A stretch of 35,953 nucleotides of DNA, taken from positions 1 to 35,953 of IMG/VR virus record IMGVR_UViG_3300005805_000233; one strand, 5' to 3'. A model generated the notes under the pieces. It saw nothing but the letters and a program-made list of their open reading frames with translations. It was not told the origin of the DNA and made no database searches. Source of the DNA: a virus (taxonomy: Duplodnaviria; Caudoviricetes). Below, piece after piece: positions 8,739 to 18,026 of the stretch (its first letter is position 1; each line of letters starts with the position of its first letter). The translations under genes and the position numbers were made by a program.

Positions 8739-9253
8739 ACTAATTGTTCAATTAATTGATAAAGTTTGATAGAAAAATCTTGTTTCTTTATTGGAGAAAT
8801 ATTTTGGGCCAAAAAAGTAATGTCACTATAATCAACTCTAAAAACAACTGTTGCATCTTTAACAACAGTATGTTTCATACAAGCATCCCAACTACAAATA
8901 CCAACTGTATAATTTTTAGTATCCCAGAGAAGCATGTAATCAAAAGTTTTTTTAGGAAGACCTAAATTATTACCCTGAAAGTTTTTTAAAGTAATTTGTT
9001 TAGTGTATGGAACTGTTTTTTGAAACATTCCATCCATACCTTTAGATTCATAATAAAGTTTATCTATTAAACCATAAAAATCTCTTCCATTTTCTTGATC
9101 TCCAATATATTGCAATTGACCACCACTATACTTAGCAATTGCAATTTCCTGAACTTCTGCTCTCAAAGGACGAGTTTGATTCCTTTTTAATCCATCTGTA
9201 GATTTTATAACTCCAAAGATGGAAGGAAAATCAAATAGTTGAGGGTTGATCAT
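8735..9253 (-). CDS. Hypothetical protein, putative PD-(D/E)xK nuclease
   Basis: E...GRDF...YYESKG resembles the PD-(D/E)xK active site; likely start MINPQ at 9253; ATGA-coupled to dam. Confidence 0.55.
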   Translation of the reverse strand: MINPQLFDFPSIFGVIKSTDGLKRNQTRPLRAEVQEIAIAKYSGGQLQYIGDQENGRDFYGLIDKLYYESKGMDGMFQKTVPYTKQITLKNFQGNNLGLPKKTFDYMLLWDTKNYTVGICSWDACMKHTVVKDATVVFRVDYSDITFLAQNISPIKKQDFSIKLYQLIEQLV

Positions 9254-9395
9254 AAGTTTTAGGATGAAAATTACAATACTCATTAAAAACAATCTTACAT
9301 TCTTTATTGGTAAGATTGCAGTGTTTTGCTGCTTGAGGAAGATTCCACTTAGCAGTAAATAACATTTCCATTGCGTGTCTTGTTTCAGGTCTCAT
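9231..9395 (-). CDS. Small hypothetical protein (54 aa), below ORF-track cutoff
   Basis: MRPETRHAMEMLFTAKWNLPQAAKHCNLTNKECKIVFNEYCNFHPKTYDQPSTI; ATGA overlap with gp44 stop; fills the gap. Confidence 0.75.
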   Translation of the reverse strand: MRPETRHAMEMLFTAKWNLPQAAKHCNLTNKECKIVFNEYCNFHPKTYDQPSTI

Positions 9396-10336
9396 TTAAA
9401 ATTACACTCCACCATAATTTCAGTTAATGCTGCTAAAAGATTTATTTCTTGATCTGCCACAAATGCAATTTGATATTGATACTTAGCAATAATAAGAACT
9501 GCAGCAGGAATAGATTGGGGAGAAAGACAGGTATAGCAAGTATCATAAATCTTACGAAGAACTATCCCAGGATCATTGTCTAGGTTAGCAACAACCCACT
9601 TTCTAACCTCTGCAAAATTTTTACTTTTGAGATGTTGAATAAGGTCATTTACTGCAATATCAGAAAAAGATGCAAGAACTCCACTATCTATTTCTCCACT
9701 AACAGAATATCTTTGACATTCATTTAAAACTCTACGCCAATCTGGGAAGTGTTTGTTAATTAATTCTGCAAGGACTTTTTGATCATATTTGATGCTCTCT
9801 GCATCCAAGATGTCTTGTATACGCTTGAAGAAGGATCCTGCCAACTGTGCTTTTTCTTTCCCTTTGATACTGAACTCAACAACTGCACATCTGGAGTGGA
9901 GAGGTTCAATGATTTTGTTTTTGTAGTTACAGGTGAAAATAAATCTGCAGTTCTTATGAAACGTCTCAATATTAGCCCGTAGTAGGAGTTGTACGTCGTT
10001 CCCTGTGTTATCTGCCTCATCAATGATGATGACTTTGTGTTTACCAGTTGCTTGAAGTGAGACGGTCGAAGCAAAGTTTTTTGCTTGGTTCCGTACCGTG
10101 TCCAAAAATCGTCCTTCATCAGATCCATTGATGACATAAAAATCCACTCCCAATTCATTGCACAGTGCCTTTGCTACTGTAGTTTTTCCAATCCCAGGAG
10201 GACCACAAAGAAGCAAATTTGAAATTTCACCCTTACTTAAAAAATCATTAAAGGTTTTCTTAATACTTTCAGTTAAAATACAATCTTCAATTTTCTTTGG
10301 GCGATATTTTTCTACCCACAAGAATTCATCACGCAT
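9392..10336 (-). CDS. gp44: Clamp loader large subunit (T4 gp44)
   Basis: LWVEKYRP, GPPGIGKTT, IIIDEAD, SRC; start set at MRDEFLW. Confidence 0.97.
   Translation of the reverse strand: MRDEFLWVEKYRPKKIEDCILTESIKKTFNDFLSKGEISNLLLCGPPGIGKTTVAKALCNELGVDFYVINGSDEGRFLDTVRNQAKNFASTVSLQATGKHKVIIIDEADNTGNDVQLLLRANIETFHKNCRFIFTCNYKNKIIEPLHSRCAVVEFSIKGKEKAQLAGSFFKRIQDILDAESIKYDQKVLAELINKHFPDWRRVLNECQRYSVSGEIDSGVLASFSDIAVNDLIQHLKSKNFAEVRKWVVANLDNDPGIVLRKIYDTCYTCLSPQSIPAAVLIIAKYQYQIAFVADQEINLLAALTEIMVECNFK
10062..10099 (-). other. Intragenic hairpin in gp44
   Basis: Minus strand ACGGT-acggaacc-AAGCAAA-aaac-TTTGCTT-cg-ACCGT in a CG-rich patch. Confidence 0.45.
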
Positions 10337-10365
10337 AATTAAGACCAATTAAGTTTATAATAAAA

Positions 10366-11052
10366 TCAACCAAAGGTTGAGTCAGGTTCCAAGGCAATAA
10401 AGTAAATCAAATTGTACTTTTCATTAATGAATTTTGCAACATTCTTTTGAGAAATTACAACATCATAAGAACCAGGAACAATCTTAATGTTTTCAACTTT
10501 AAAATTGAAAACAAAATCACAATCAGTTTCACCAACTACAAGTGAATATTCATTAGAAGTATCATTATTCTTATCTCTTACAACCAAACGAATAACTCCA
10601 CTGCCCCCAATTACAGATAGATCAGTAAGACCATAAACTCCAGATGCTTTAATCAACTGACTCAGTTGAGAATGATCCAATTGAAAACAAATATCTTGAG
10701 AAGGAAGATCCATATTCTTATCTGGAGGAGAAACAATCACCTCAGGATCTGCATAGAAATATTTTACCCTACGCTTACCTTCTTTAATTGTGATATAAGA
10801 ATCATTAGTAAAATCTAGATCAGGATCTTTATGAAGGCTCAAACCACCAAGAAATTGATTAAGATCATAAATTGCAATATCTTTTGGAAATTCTTCTTCT
10901 ACTTGTGCTTCAGCAAAAATATTCTTCATTACAGAAATAGTTCTAATTTTAGAACCTGCTTTAATAAGAATAGATTGATTAATAGAAGAAAAATTCTTCA
11001 GAATGTTAATAGTATTTTCAGACAGTTTCATAGTATGCTCTTTGAGTTTCAT
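10366..11052 (-). CDS. gp45: Sliding clamp (T4 gp45)
   Basis: MKLSENTINILKNFSSINQSI, IYDLNQFL, YFIALE; alternative start at 11031. Confidence 0.96.
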   Translation of the reverse strand: MKLKEHTMKLSENTINILKNFSSINQSILIKAGSKIRTISVMKNIFAEAQVEEEFPKDIAIYDLNQFLGGLSLHKDPDLDFTNDSYITIKEGKRRVKYFYADPEVIVSPPDKNMDLPSQDICFQLDHSQLSQLIKASGVYGLTDLSVIGGSGVIRLVVRDKNNDTSNEYSLVVGETDCDFVFNFKVENIKIVPGSYDVVISQKNVAKFINEKYNLIYFIALEPDSTFG

Positions 11053-11459
11053 TTATTTTCAACAAGATTAAGATGATTAATCAAAAGAATTGTATAATGC
11101 AGGACCTTAAAAAGATCTGCACGAGGTGTTCCTTTGGTATCATAACGATCAATGTACTTAGTTACATTACCAGCACAAAAACCTTCACGTCTATTGTGTT
11201 TAATCTTGTCAAGTGTTTGTTCAGTTCCACCTCCAGTTCTATCAACATAATGTTGACTATAAGTGCCTGAAATATATTCTTCAAGTTGTTTTAGGATTTT
11301 GTCTTCATTATATTTCCAAAATCCATTTTGATTTTTATTGTCTGTCATAGTTAAATTCATAGTATTAATTTCTGGCGGGATCCAGAATCCATCAGCAGTC
11401 ATGATGTACCCCTTATTGACCATTTTACTATAATTTTGTTCATCCTCAGGGCCAAACAT
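11049..11459 (-). CDS. Conserved phage protein, DUF3310-like (possible nucleotide kinase domain)
   Basis: HY...EGFCAGNVTKYIDRY..KG....DLFKVLHY pattern. Confidence 0.65.
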   Translation of the reverse strand: MFGPEDEQNYSKMVNKGYIMTADGFWIPPEINTMNLTMTDNKNQNGFWKYNEDKILKQLEEYISGTYSQHYVDRTGGGTEQTLDKIKHNRREGFCAGNVTKYIDRYDTKGTPRADLFKVLHYTILLINHLNLVENK

Positions 11460-11486
11460 AATAAAATTTACAATTAATCAAATACC

Positions 11487-11515
11487 ATAATACTTGATAG
11501 GTCAGTAAAAGTCAA
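11487..11515 (-). promoter_or_regulatory. Sigma70-type early promoter
   Basis: TTGACT (11515-11510) - 17 nt - TATTAT (11492-11487), upstream of the DUF3310-gp45-gp44 genes. Confidence 0.75.
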
Positions 11516-13223
11516 CCATAACTCCAAATCCTTTTTGCTTTTGAAACCTAATAGTCCTATCAAACTTATCATATAAATCATCTACCTTATGAGAAATTAC
11601 AAATGTATTAGAATCAGTTATAATATATTTGATAATTTTAGTAAAATAATCTGTCCCAGATTCATCCAAAGAACTATCAAATACTTCATCTAAAATCAAT
11701 AGATTTGTGTTGATAGAATTTTTAAGTTTGGCAACTTCTCTCCATGTGAACAGTAAAGATAAATCTATTCGCATTTTTTCCCCTTCACTAAATGAAGAAT
11801 AAGAAAAATCTTCATAAATTGGATTTAAAGATTTTTCATTAAATTCTTCATCTAGAGTGAAGTTTACAGGAAACTCCATTATCTCAAGAAACTTATTTAA
11901 GTTATGATTAATAATTGGAAGATATTTTTTAATGATTTTTGTTTTTGCACCATCATCTTTTAATAAAAGATGAATAAATTCATAGTTGGAAAGTTCTTCT
12001 TTTTTATTTGCTATGTCTTCTTGTATGTCTTCTAAATTTTGTTTTAGGGAAATTAACTTTTCATGTTCAATATTAGTGTCCTTATTTCTGGTGATAAGTC
12101 CTTGAATTTCTTTTTGTAAGTTTCCGACTTGCTTCGTAAGTTCAGAAATTTTAATATTGTTACTATTGATTTCATTATTGAGTTGAGTAATCTCCTTTGT
12201 AATTTCTAAAAATTTAGATTCATTATTTTGCTCTTCTTGAATAGTTACTTCAAGTTCTTCACAAGCAGATTTAAGTTCGGATGATTTTTTATCTATGTCT
12301 GCAATCTTATTTAACCTAAAACTTTCATCCAGATTTTGCGTGCATGTAGGGCAAACCACATTATCTTTAAAAAAAGTTTGATCTTCTGTAATAGTAGATA
12401 CTTTTTGAAGTAATTTTATTTTCAATCCTTCTAATTTTTTTAACTTTGAAGAAGAATTTAAAAAAGATTTTAATTCTTCTTGTTTAAGATCAGTTGAATA
12501 AGACAAAGATGCATTTTTTGCATTTAAAGATTCTATTACTGATTCTATATTTGTTTGATTATTTTGCTTTTCTTTTATATCAGCAGAGTTTCTTTTTTCT
12601 AGTTCACCTATAAGAGTTTCTTGTGATTCAATTTTATCTTCTACATTTTCCTTTTTATAAGAGTATTCCTTTATTTCATCTTTTAATTCTTTAATTTTAA
12701 ATTTAGAGATATCATTCATAGAAGAGAATACTTTGATATCAAGCAAATCCTCTACAACTTCTCTCCTATGTTGCGAAGAGAGTTGCATAAATGGCACAAA
12801 ATTAGAAGAACCAAGAACTACAATTTGTGTAAATGATTTGTAATTAAGTTTTAATACAGATTGCTCCAACCACTTTTGTTGATCATTAGCAGAAGCAAGT
12901 TGATCTAAAAGTTTTTTATTTTTATAAATTTCAAATATTGTTGGTTTTATTCCCCTTATTAATTTCCAATTATTTTTACCTATACTAAATTCAACTTCAA
13001 CAACACATTCTTTTTCATTAATGGTATTGACTAATTGTGTTTTACTAATTTTCCTAAAAGGTTTATTAAACAAAACAAACGTCAAAGCATCCAACATTGT
13101 GCTTTTTCCTGACCCATTGTGACCCACAATAAGTGTTGATTTTGTTTTGTTTAATTCAATCTCTGTAAATTGATTACCAGATGATAAGAAATTTTTAAAT
13201 CTTAGAGTTTTGAACTTTAACAT
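11502..13223 (-). CDS. gp46: Recombination endonuclease subunit, Rad50/SbcC-like (T4 gp46)
   Basis: GHNGSGKST, CPTC zinc hook, FSEGEK signature, LILDEVFD. Confidence 0.97.
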   Translation of the reverse strand: MLKFKTLRFKNFLSSGNQFTEIELNKTKSTLIVGHNGSGKSTMLDALTFVLFNKPFRKISKTQLVNTINEKECVVEVEFSIGKNNWKLIRGIKPTIFEIYKNKKLLDQLASANDQQKWLEQSVLKLNYKSFTQIVVLGSSNFVPFMQLSSQHRREVVEDLLDIKVFSSMNDISKFKIKELKDEIKEYSYKKENVEDKIESQETLIGELEKRNSADIKEKQNNQTNIESVIESLNAKNASLSYSTDLKQEELKSFLNSSSKLKKLEGLKIKLLQKVSTITEDQTFFKDNVVCPTCTQNLDESFRLNKIADIDKKSSELKSACEELEVTIQEEQNNESKFLEITKEITQLNNEINSNNIKISELTKQVGNLQKEIQGLITRNKDTNIEHEKLISLKQNLEDIQEDIANKKEELSNYEFIHLLLKDDGAKTKIIKKYLPIINHNLNKFLEIMEFPVNFTLDEEFNEKSLNPIYEDFSYSSFSEGEKMRIDLSLLFTWREVAKLKNSINTNLLILDEVFDSSLDESGTDYFTKIIKYIITDSNTFVISHKVDDLYDKFDRTIRFQKQKGFGVMVDFY

Positions 13224-13479
13224 AATCAGGTGGAATCACAATATCATCTTGAGTAATTATAGCATACTGATAGTTTAAATGGTCACAAGCCATGAATGCA
13301 ACTTTAGGATCAACCTCAGTCACTTCCATATCTGGATACTCAAGTTCTCCCAACATATTACAATATCTAATAGCATCATCTTCTTCTTCAAACATATAAA
13401 GAACTTTTTCGCCATGCTTATTTTCTACAGCATATGCTCCTTCAGTTTCGTGACCTGTTGTAACTGTTAGTATATACAT
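13195..13479 (-). CDS. Conserved hypothetical protein between gp47 and gp46
   Basis: 94 aa, coupled to both neighbours; GAYAV...FEEEDDAIRY...DDIVIPP. Confidence 0.8.
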   Translation of the reverse strand: MYILTVTTGHETEGAYAVENKHGEKVLYMFEEEDDAIRYCNMLGELEYPDMEVTEVDPKVAFMACDHLNYQYAIITQDDIVIPPDYVKVQNSKI

Positions 13480-14513
13480 TATTGTAATTGAAATGACTCT
13501 TTATAGATGGATTGAATCAAATCTTTAATCCTATTCTTATTTAACTTAATTTCAGATTCATCAACATATCTTTTTAACAGTGTTAAAGTGTCTTCACTTT
13601 CAACTAAATCATCAGCATCAAAATCAGAATTAATCTGGATGTTTTCTATAACCTTTAATTCATATGGTTCAGTTTTAATAAGGTTATCTAAAAACTTTTC
13701 ATATTTCTTTTGATCTGTTTTATTTTTAACTACTAATTTGACAATACATCCTTCATATAAAGACAAATCTGTTTCTACATTATCTTCATCATAATAACAC
13801 ATTTTGAACATTTCATATGGATTATCAATCCTAGTTAGTTCATGTGTTTCAGTATCAAAGATAGTAAATCCTCTTTGATCATTATAGTCAGACCAATATA
13901 ATTGATAGGGATTTCCTAGATAAAAGATTTTGCCATCATCATTTCTCATATGATAATGTCCAGAAAATACTTTATCAAATTTACTGAATATTGACCTATC
14001 CATTCCATGCTGCTGTAAGTTGGTTTTATTGACATAGAACCCACTTAGTTCTAAATGTCCCATAGCAACCCTTGCAGGGGTATTTCTGATTGCCTCAAGA
14101 GTATCCTGCTCACTCTCTGGTGTAATCCAAGGAATAAAAAATATATTATGTTCACCAACACTTACAGTAGAAGGTTTATCGTACACTTTAATATTCTTAT
14201 ATTCATTCAACAGTAACATAGGACTGTTGAGTTTTGTAGTATTTTTATAAAAAATATCATGATTGCCTAAAATAACATGAACCTTATATTTTTTTAAAGG
14301 TTCAAGAATAACTCTCTTAGTCCAATCAATACTCCAGTAATCAGTAGATTTTCTATTATCAAACATATCACCCATATGGATGACTGTATCAATTTTATAT
14401 TTTCTTAAAGTTGGAAAAAATACTTCTTTGTAAAACTTTTCAAAATACTCATGAAAAACTTTATTTCCTTTTTTAAAGTTATAATGAGTATCAGTAATAA
14501 TGGCAACTTTCAT
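13479..14513 (-). CDS. gp47: Recombination endonuclease subunit, Mre11/SbcD-like (T4 gp47)
   Basis: DTH, GDMFD, GNHD, GHLE, SGHYH metallophosphoesterase motifs. Confidence 0.97.
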   Translation of the reverse strand: MKVAIITDTHYNFKKGNKVFHEYFEKFYKEVFFPTLRKYKIDTVIHMGDMFDNRKSTDYWSIDWTKRVILEPLKKYKVHVILGNHDIFYKNTTKLNSPMLLLNEYKNIKVYDKPSTVSVGEHNIFFIPWITPESEQDTLEAIRNTPARVAMGHLELSGFYVNKTNLQQHGMDRSIFSKFDKVFSGHYHMRNDDGKIFYLGNPYQLYWSDYNDQRGFTIFDTETHELTRIDNPYEMFKMCYYDEDNVETDLSLYEGCIVKLVVKNKTDQKKYEKFLDNLIKTEPYELKVIENIQINSDFDADDLVESEDTLTLLKRYVDESEIKLNKNRIKDLIQSIYKESFQLQ

Positions 14514-15001
14514 TATTGAAATCTATAATTAATACTATCTTTAATACCATTCATGTCTGAGTAATCACCACCAATACTAGATACATCTGCAGTGAAAACT
14601 TCATCATATCCAGACCTTTCAATGATCTTAGATTTAATTTCAAGTTGTTTCTTTTCTTTAGCAATTCTTCTTAAGAAGGCATAATAAACAATTTGCGTAA
14701 AATAAGCAAATGGATTTGTTCTGCTTATATCAAAATTGTGAATGTACTGAACACAATTCTCAATGCCATCACATATCATATCATCCTTAAACATATAGTT
14801 TATAAAGTTTGGCTTATATGCAAGATGATTGGCAATGCGCAAAAAACAATCCCCAAGATAGTTACTAATTCTTGGTTTGGGAAGACCTTTTTCTTTTGCT
14901 TCTTCTACTTTCTTATTGTACTCAACCAGTGCTTGATAAAAATCTTTATTATTTACATAATGCTCTGATTTCTTTTTTCCTTTTGCCATTAATGTATGCA
15001 T
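14513..15001 (-). CDS. gp55: Late transcription sigma factor (T4 gp55)
   Basis: HYVNNKDF, PNFINY, DMICDGIENC, NPFAYFTQIVYYAFLRRI. Confidence 0.96.
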   Translation of the reverse strand: MHTLMAKGKKKSEHYVNNKDFYQALVEYNKKVEEAKEKGLPKPRISNYLGDCFLRIANHLAYKPNFINYMFKDDMICDGIENCVQYIHNFDISRTNPFAYFTQIVYYAFLRRIAKEKKQLEIKSKIIERSGYDEVFTADVSSIGGDYSDMNGIKDSINYRFQ

Positions 15002-15037
15002 TAAATTTTACTAATTATAATAAGATTAAGTTCTCTT

Positions 15038-15067
15038 ATTATACCATCCCTAACAAGGGGTTGACAA
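15038..15067 (-). promoter_or_regulatory. Sigma70-type promoter for gp55
   Basis: TTGTCA - 18 nt - TATAAT with extended TG (TGGTATAAT). Confidence 0.75.
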
Positions 15068-15089
15068 GTTATATATATCTGACTAAAAT
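15061..15089 (+). promoter_or_regulatory. Sigma70-type promoter firing antisense
   Basis: TTGACA (15061-15066) - 17 nt - TAAAAT (15084-15089) on plus strand. Confidence 0.7.
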
Positions 15090-15120
15090 AACTCTGTGGG
15101 GTTTCAAGGATGGGATAGGC

Positions 15121-15498
15121 TTAATTACTATTATAGAGTTTCTCTAGTACTTTACGAGCATCATCTACCTTTGAGATGAATCCCATAGATTTCTCTAAGC
15201 TAACTTGTGGAGAATCATTTAAATATTTGTTATAAATTTGAATGATTTGTTCATCATAGATTTCAGTCATTGTGATGACCTTATTCATATCAATGATGTA
15301 AATATCATCTTCAGGTATTTTCATCCAAGGTTTTATCTTATAACCAACAATACCAGAATGTCTGGACATTATAGGATCAATAATAACAGGATTTTCTAAA
15401 ATAAGTAAGGTTCTACCATCTTCATCTGAAGGAGATACTATGGCAAATATTTCTTCACCAGATACTAATTTAATTGAAGCATAAAATTCTTGTTCCAT
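15121..15498 (-). CDS. Conserved protein between uvsW and gp55, putative Sm-like fold
   Basis: IKLVSGEEIFA...LENPV...KPWM...KVITMTE...Y pattern shared with the 5215/5444 genes. Confidence 0.75.
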   Translation of the reverse strand: MEQEFYASIKLVSGEEIFAIVSPSDEDGRTLLILENPVIIDPIMSRHSGIVGYKIKPWMKIPEDDIYIIDMNKVITMTEIYDEQIIQIYNKYLNDSPQVSLEKSMGFISKVDDARKVLEKLYNSN

Positions 15499-16961
15499 TA
15501 TTTTTTTATATTAATTGTAATAATTTCATAATCAAAATTCTCTTCATTATAGATTTTAATTCTTTCTACTAAATGATTGAGTGTATAATTTCTTTTGTTG
15601 TTGTGGGTAATATCATCAGCAATATCATATAAAGTAGCTGATACTTTTTCTTTACCTTTTCTTAAAACTCTTCCTATTGATTGAAGATTTCTTATTCTTG
15701 ATTTACTTGGACTAGCAAACACAATATTATGCAGATTTCTAATATTAATGCCAGTGCTAAAAGTTCCATAAGAAGCAACTATAATTGCATTAGATTCTTC
15801 TTCTGTGATTTTTCTAACTAATTCTCTTTCTTCAGTGTCCACACCACCATGGATGAAAAAAACTTTTCTATCTTCACCCTTATCCTTATTTATAAGTTCA
15901 TATAAAGGTTGACCATGGGTGATAACCCTATTAAAAAGAACTAATGTATTTCCTTTTAAATCTAAGGTTAGGTTTTTAATAAATTTATTTCTATTGTTAT
16001 GTGTAATTAAATATTGAACTTCTTCCTCATAATCATTAAACTTTTGTCCATCATGCTTTAGAAGAAGAACTTTAATATTTAATTTTGATAAGTAACCTTT
16101 TTTAATAAGTTCATCAGTTTTAATTAACTTGTATGTGGGTCCAAATAAACCTTCTAAAACAAGTTTGTGTGTTTGAGATCCATCAAGTGTTCCAGTAAAA
16201 CCAAATCTATATTTTGCATCATGTAATTTTGACATAATGGAGATTAATGATTTAGATTTGAATTGATGTGCCTCATCCCCAATTACTACATTAAAATCTT
16301 TAAAATAAGTTTTATCAAGTTTGTAGATAGATTGCCATGTAGATATGGTTACTTGCTTATTGGAAACTCTTTCGCTGCCACCATAAACTCTATGACAATA
16401 TTCTTCTGAGTTCCATCCATAATCTTCAAAGTCCTTATACATTTGTTCTACAAGAGATGTAGTAGGAACTATGAGAAGTATATTCTTTCCTTGTTCTACA
16501 AAATATCTTACTACAGAATAAATCATCAAAGATTTACCAGATGCTGTAGGAGATAGTAAAAGTTTACGTTGATATTTTAATGCATCATAAACACCTTGAA
16601 TTTGATAATCTCTTGGTTCATGGGAGCATATACTTTTCATATAATCTTTTACGCCCTCCATTGAAATAGAGTTATCTATTTCTCCAGGAAGACCATAATA
16701 TTTGTTTTCATTAAATTCAAAAGTATAATTATGGTTATCACAGAAAGAAATAATTTTATCCAATAACCCAATGTAGATTTCTCCAGTTTGGGTATTGAAT
16801 AGACGTATTTTTCCATCCCAATGTCTGCTTCTAAATTGAGGCATAAACTTGGCACCAGGAACATCAAATGTAAATTGATCACTTAATTCATACATTATGT
16901 GAGCTTCACATTCAATCTTCAAATAGATTTCATTTTTCTTTGATATAATTAAATTGGACAT
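15498..16961 (-). CDS. uvsW: SF2 helicase UvsW
   Basis: PRDYQ, SPTASGKS, GDEAH, QSIGRVLR. Confidence 0.97.
   Translation of the reverse strand: MSNLIISKKNEIYLKIECEAHIMYELSDQFTFDVPGAKFMPQFRSRHWDGKIRLFNTQTGEIYIGLLDKIISFCDNHNYTFEFNENKYYGLPGEIDNSISMEGVKDYMKSICSHEPRDYQIQGVYDALKYQRKLLLSPTASGKSLMIYSVVRYFVEQGKNILLIVPTTSLVEQMYKDFEDYGWNSEEYCHRVYGGSERVSNKQVTISTWQSIYKLDKTYFKDFNVVIGDEAHQFKSKSLISIMSKLHDAKYRFGFTGTLDGSQTHKLVLEGLFGPTYKLIKTDELIKKGYLSKLNIKVLLLKHDGQKFNDYEEEVQYLITHNNRNKFIKNLTLDLKGNTLVLFNRVITHGQPLYELINKDKGEDRKVFFIHGGVDTEERELVRKITEEESNAIIVASYGTFSTGINIRNLHNIVFASPSKSRIRNLQSIGRVLRKGKEKVSATLYDIADDITHNNKRNYTLNHLVERIKIYNEENFDYEIITINIKK
15887..15894 (-). promoter_or_regulatory. Possible intragenic late promoter in uvsW
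   Basis: Exact TATAAATA on minus strand. Confidence 0.35.
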
Positions 16962-16962
16962 A

Positions 16963-17394
16963 TTACATTCCAGATTGGAATTTCAAAAAATCAATTGAGT
17001 TTTTAATTTGATAAGTTCTGTTAGAAATCATTTTTATAATTTCTTCAATGTATTTTAATATTGTATCATAATATTCTATTTTCATAAACATTTCTGATAG
17101 TTTTTCATCAGCTTCTATATGCCTCTGCATTCCTTCTTTATCCCTTACTTTATAAGGAAAAGGTTCTTCTTTATAAACATCTGGATCTGCTTTTCCAGAA
17201 TAAAAATTATATCTTTCTAATTTTTTGTTTTTATATTGAAGTTCTGCTTTTTTTCTTAATAGTGAAAAGTTGTTATAAAATTCATAATATTTTGCATGTA
17301 ATGATGCCACTTTTAAAGATTCATTATGCAAATCATCAATATTGATTTCTGAATCTTTTTTCCACATCAATTGAATATCATCAAGAGAAATCAT
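16963..17394 (-). CDS. uvsY: Recombination mediator UvsY
   Basis: WKKDSEI, LHAKY, FYSGKA, RTYQIKNSIDF; upstream of uvsW. Confidence 0.93.
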   Translation of the reverse strand: MISLDDIQLMWKKDSEINIDDLHNESLKVASLHAKYYEFYNNFSLLRKKAELQYKNKKLERYNFYSGKADPDVYKEEPFPYKVRDKEGMQRHIEADEKLSEMFMKIEYYDTILKYIEEIIKMISNRTYQIKNSIDFLKFQSGM

Positions 17395-17957
17395 AAATTC
17401 TGTCCAGTTGGATTAACAATTCTATAATAAGTATACTTAAATGTAACTTCTGCTGTAAAGTATCTAATATCTTCTGCTGTGGCATCAAAATCCAATCCTG
17501 ACAAATAAACTGGATATAACCCACTGAAAATAACTTGGGAATTTTTATTAAAATTGCTATTTAAAATTTCAAGAGTTCCATCAGATCTTTCATAAAAATC
17601 TCTATTTTTTAATTCTTCTGGAATTGGATTTGGGGAGTTATCTATTAAATCTGAATATTGCTCTAAACTATATGGAAATCCCAAACCAGTCATCCAATTC
17701 CATATTTCCATATAGTTTTCAAGATCTTCATCCACAAGAAATCTAAGACGAAAATCTTCAAAATTCATTTTATCGCCAGGGATGTCAATATTTTTCCCAT
17801 AGCGAGTTTGTAAAGCAGACCCTAAAGTAATGGCAGGAACTCCAGCAAAGTTTGAAAAAAAATCAACTTTAGGTGCTTTATTTAAAACAAATTTAAATCC
17901 AACTGGTGAAAGTAAATTTCTATTAGTTGGTTGTTTATCCCAAGGACTTGTTGCCAT
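17391..17957 (-). CDS. gp3: Tail tube terminator / tail completion protein (T4 gp3)
   Basis: NLLSPVGFKF, FLVDEDLENYMEIWNW, gp19-like pattern; position after gp23. Confidence 0.85.
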   Translation of the reverse strand: MATSPWDKQPTNRNLLSPVGFKFVLNKAPKVDFFSNFAGVPAITLGSALQTRYGKNIDIPGDKMNFEDFRLRFLVDEDLENYMEIWNWMTGLGFPYSLEQYSDLIDNSPNPIPEELKNRDFYERSDGTLEILNSNFNKNSQVIFSGLYPVYLSGLDFDATAEDIRYFTAEVTFKYTYYRIVNPTGQNL

Positions 17958-17966
17958 TTTTTGAAC

Positions 17967-17974
17967 TATTTATT
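17967..17974 (-). promoter_or_regulatory. Late promoter variant for gp3
   Basis: AATAAATA immediately after gp23 terminator, 9 nt upstream of ATG. Confidence 0.6.
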
Positions 17975-17979
17975 TCAAT

Positions 17980-18007
17980 AAAAAAGGACCCCTTTTTGGG
18001 GGGTCCT
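17980..18007 (-). terminator. Intrinsic terminator after gp23
   Basis: AGGACCCC-ccaaaaa-GGGGTCCT-TTTTT. Confidence 0.9.
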
Positions 18008-18026
18008 GAAAAAATGTGAGAAGAAC

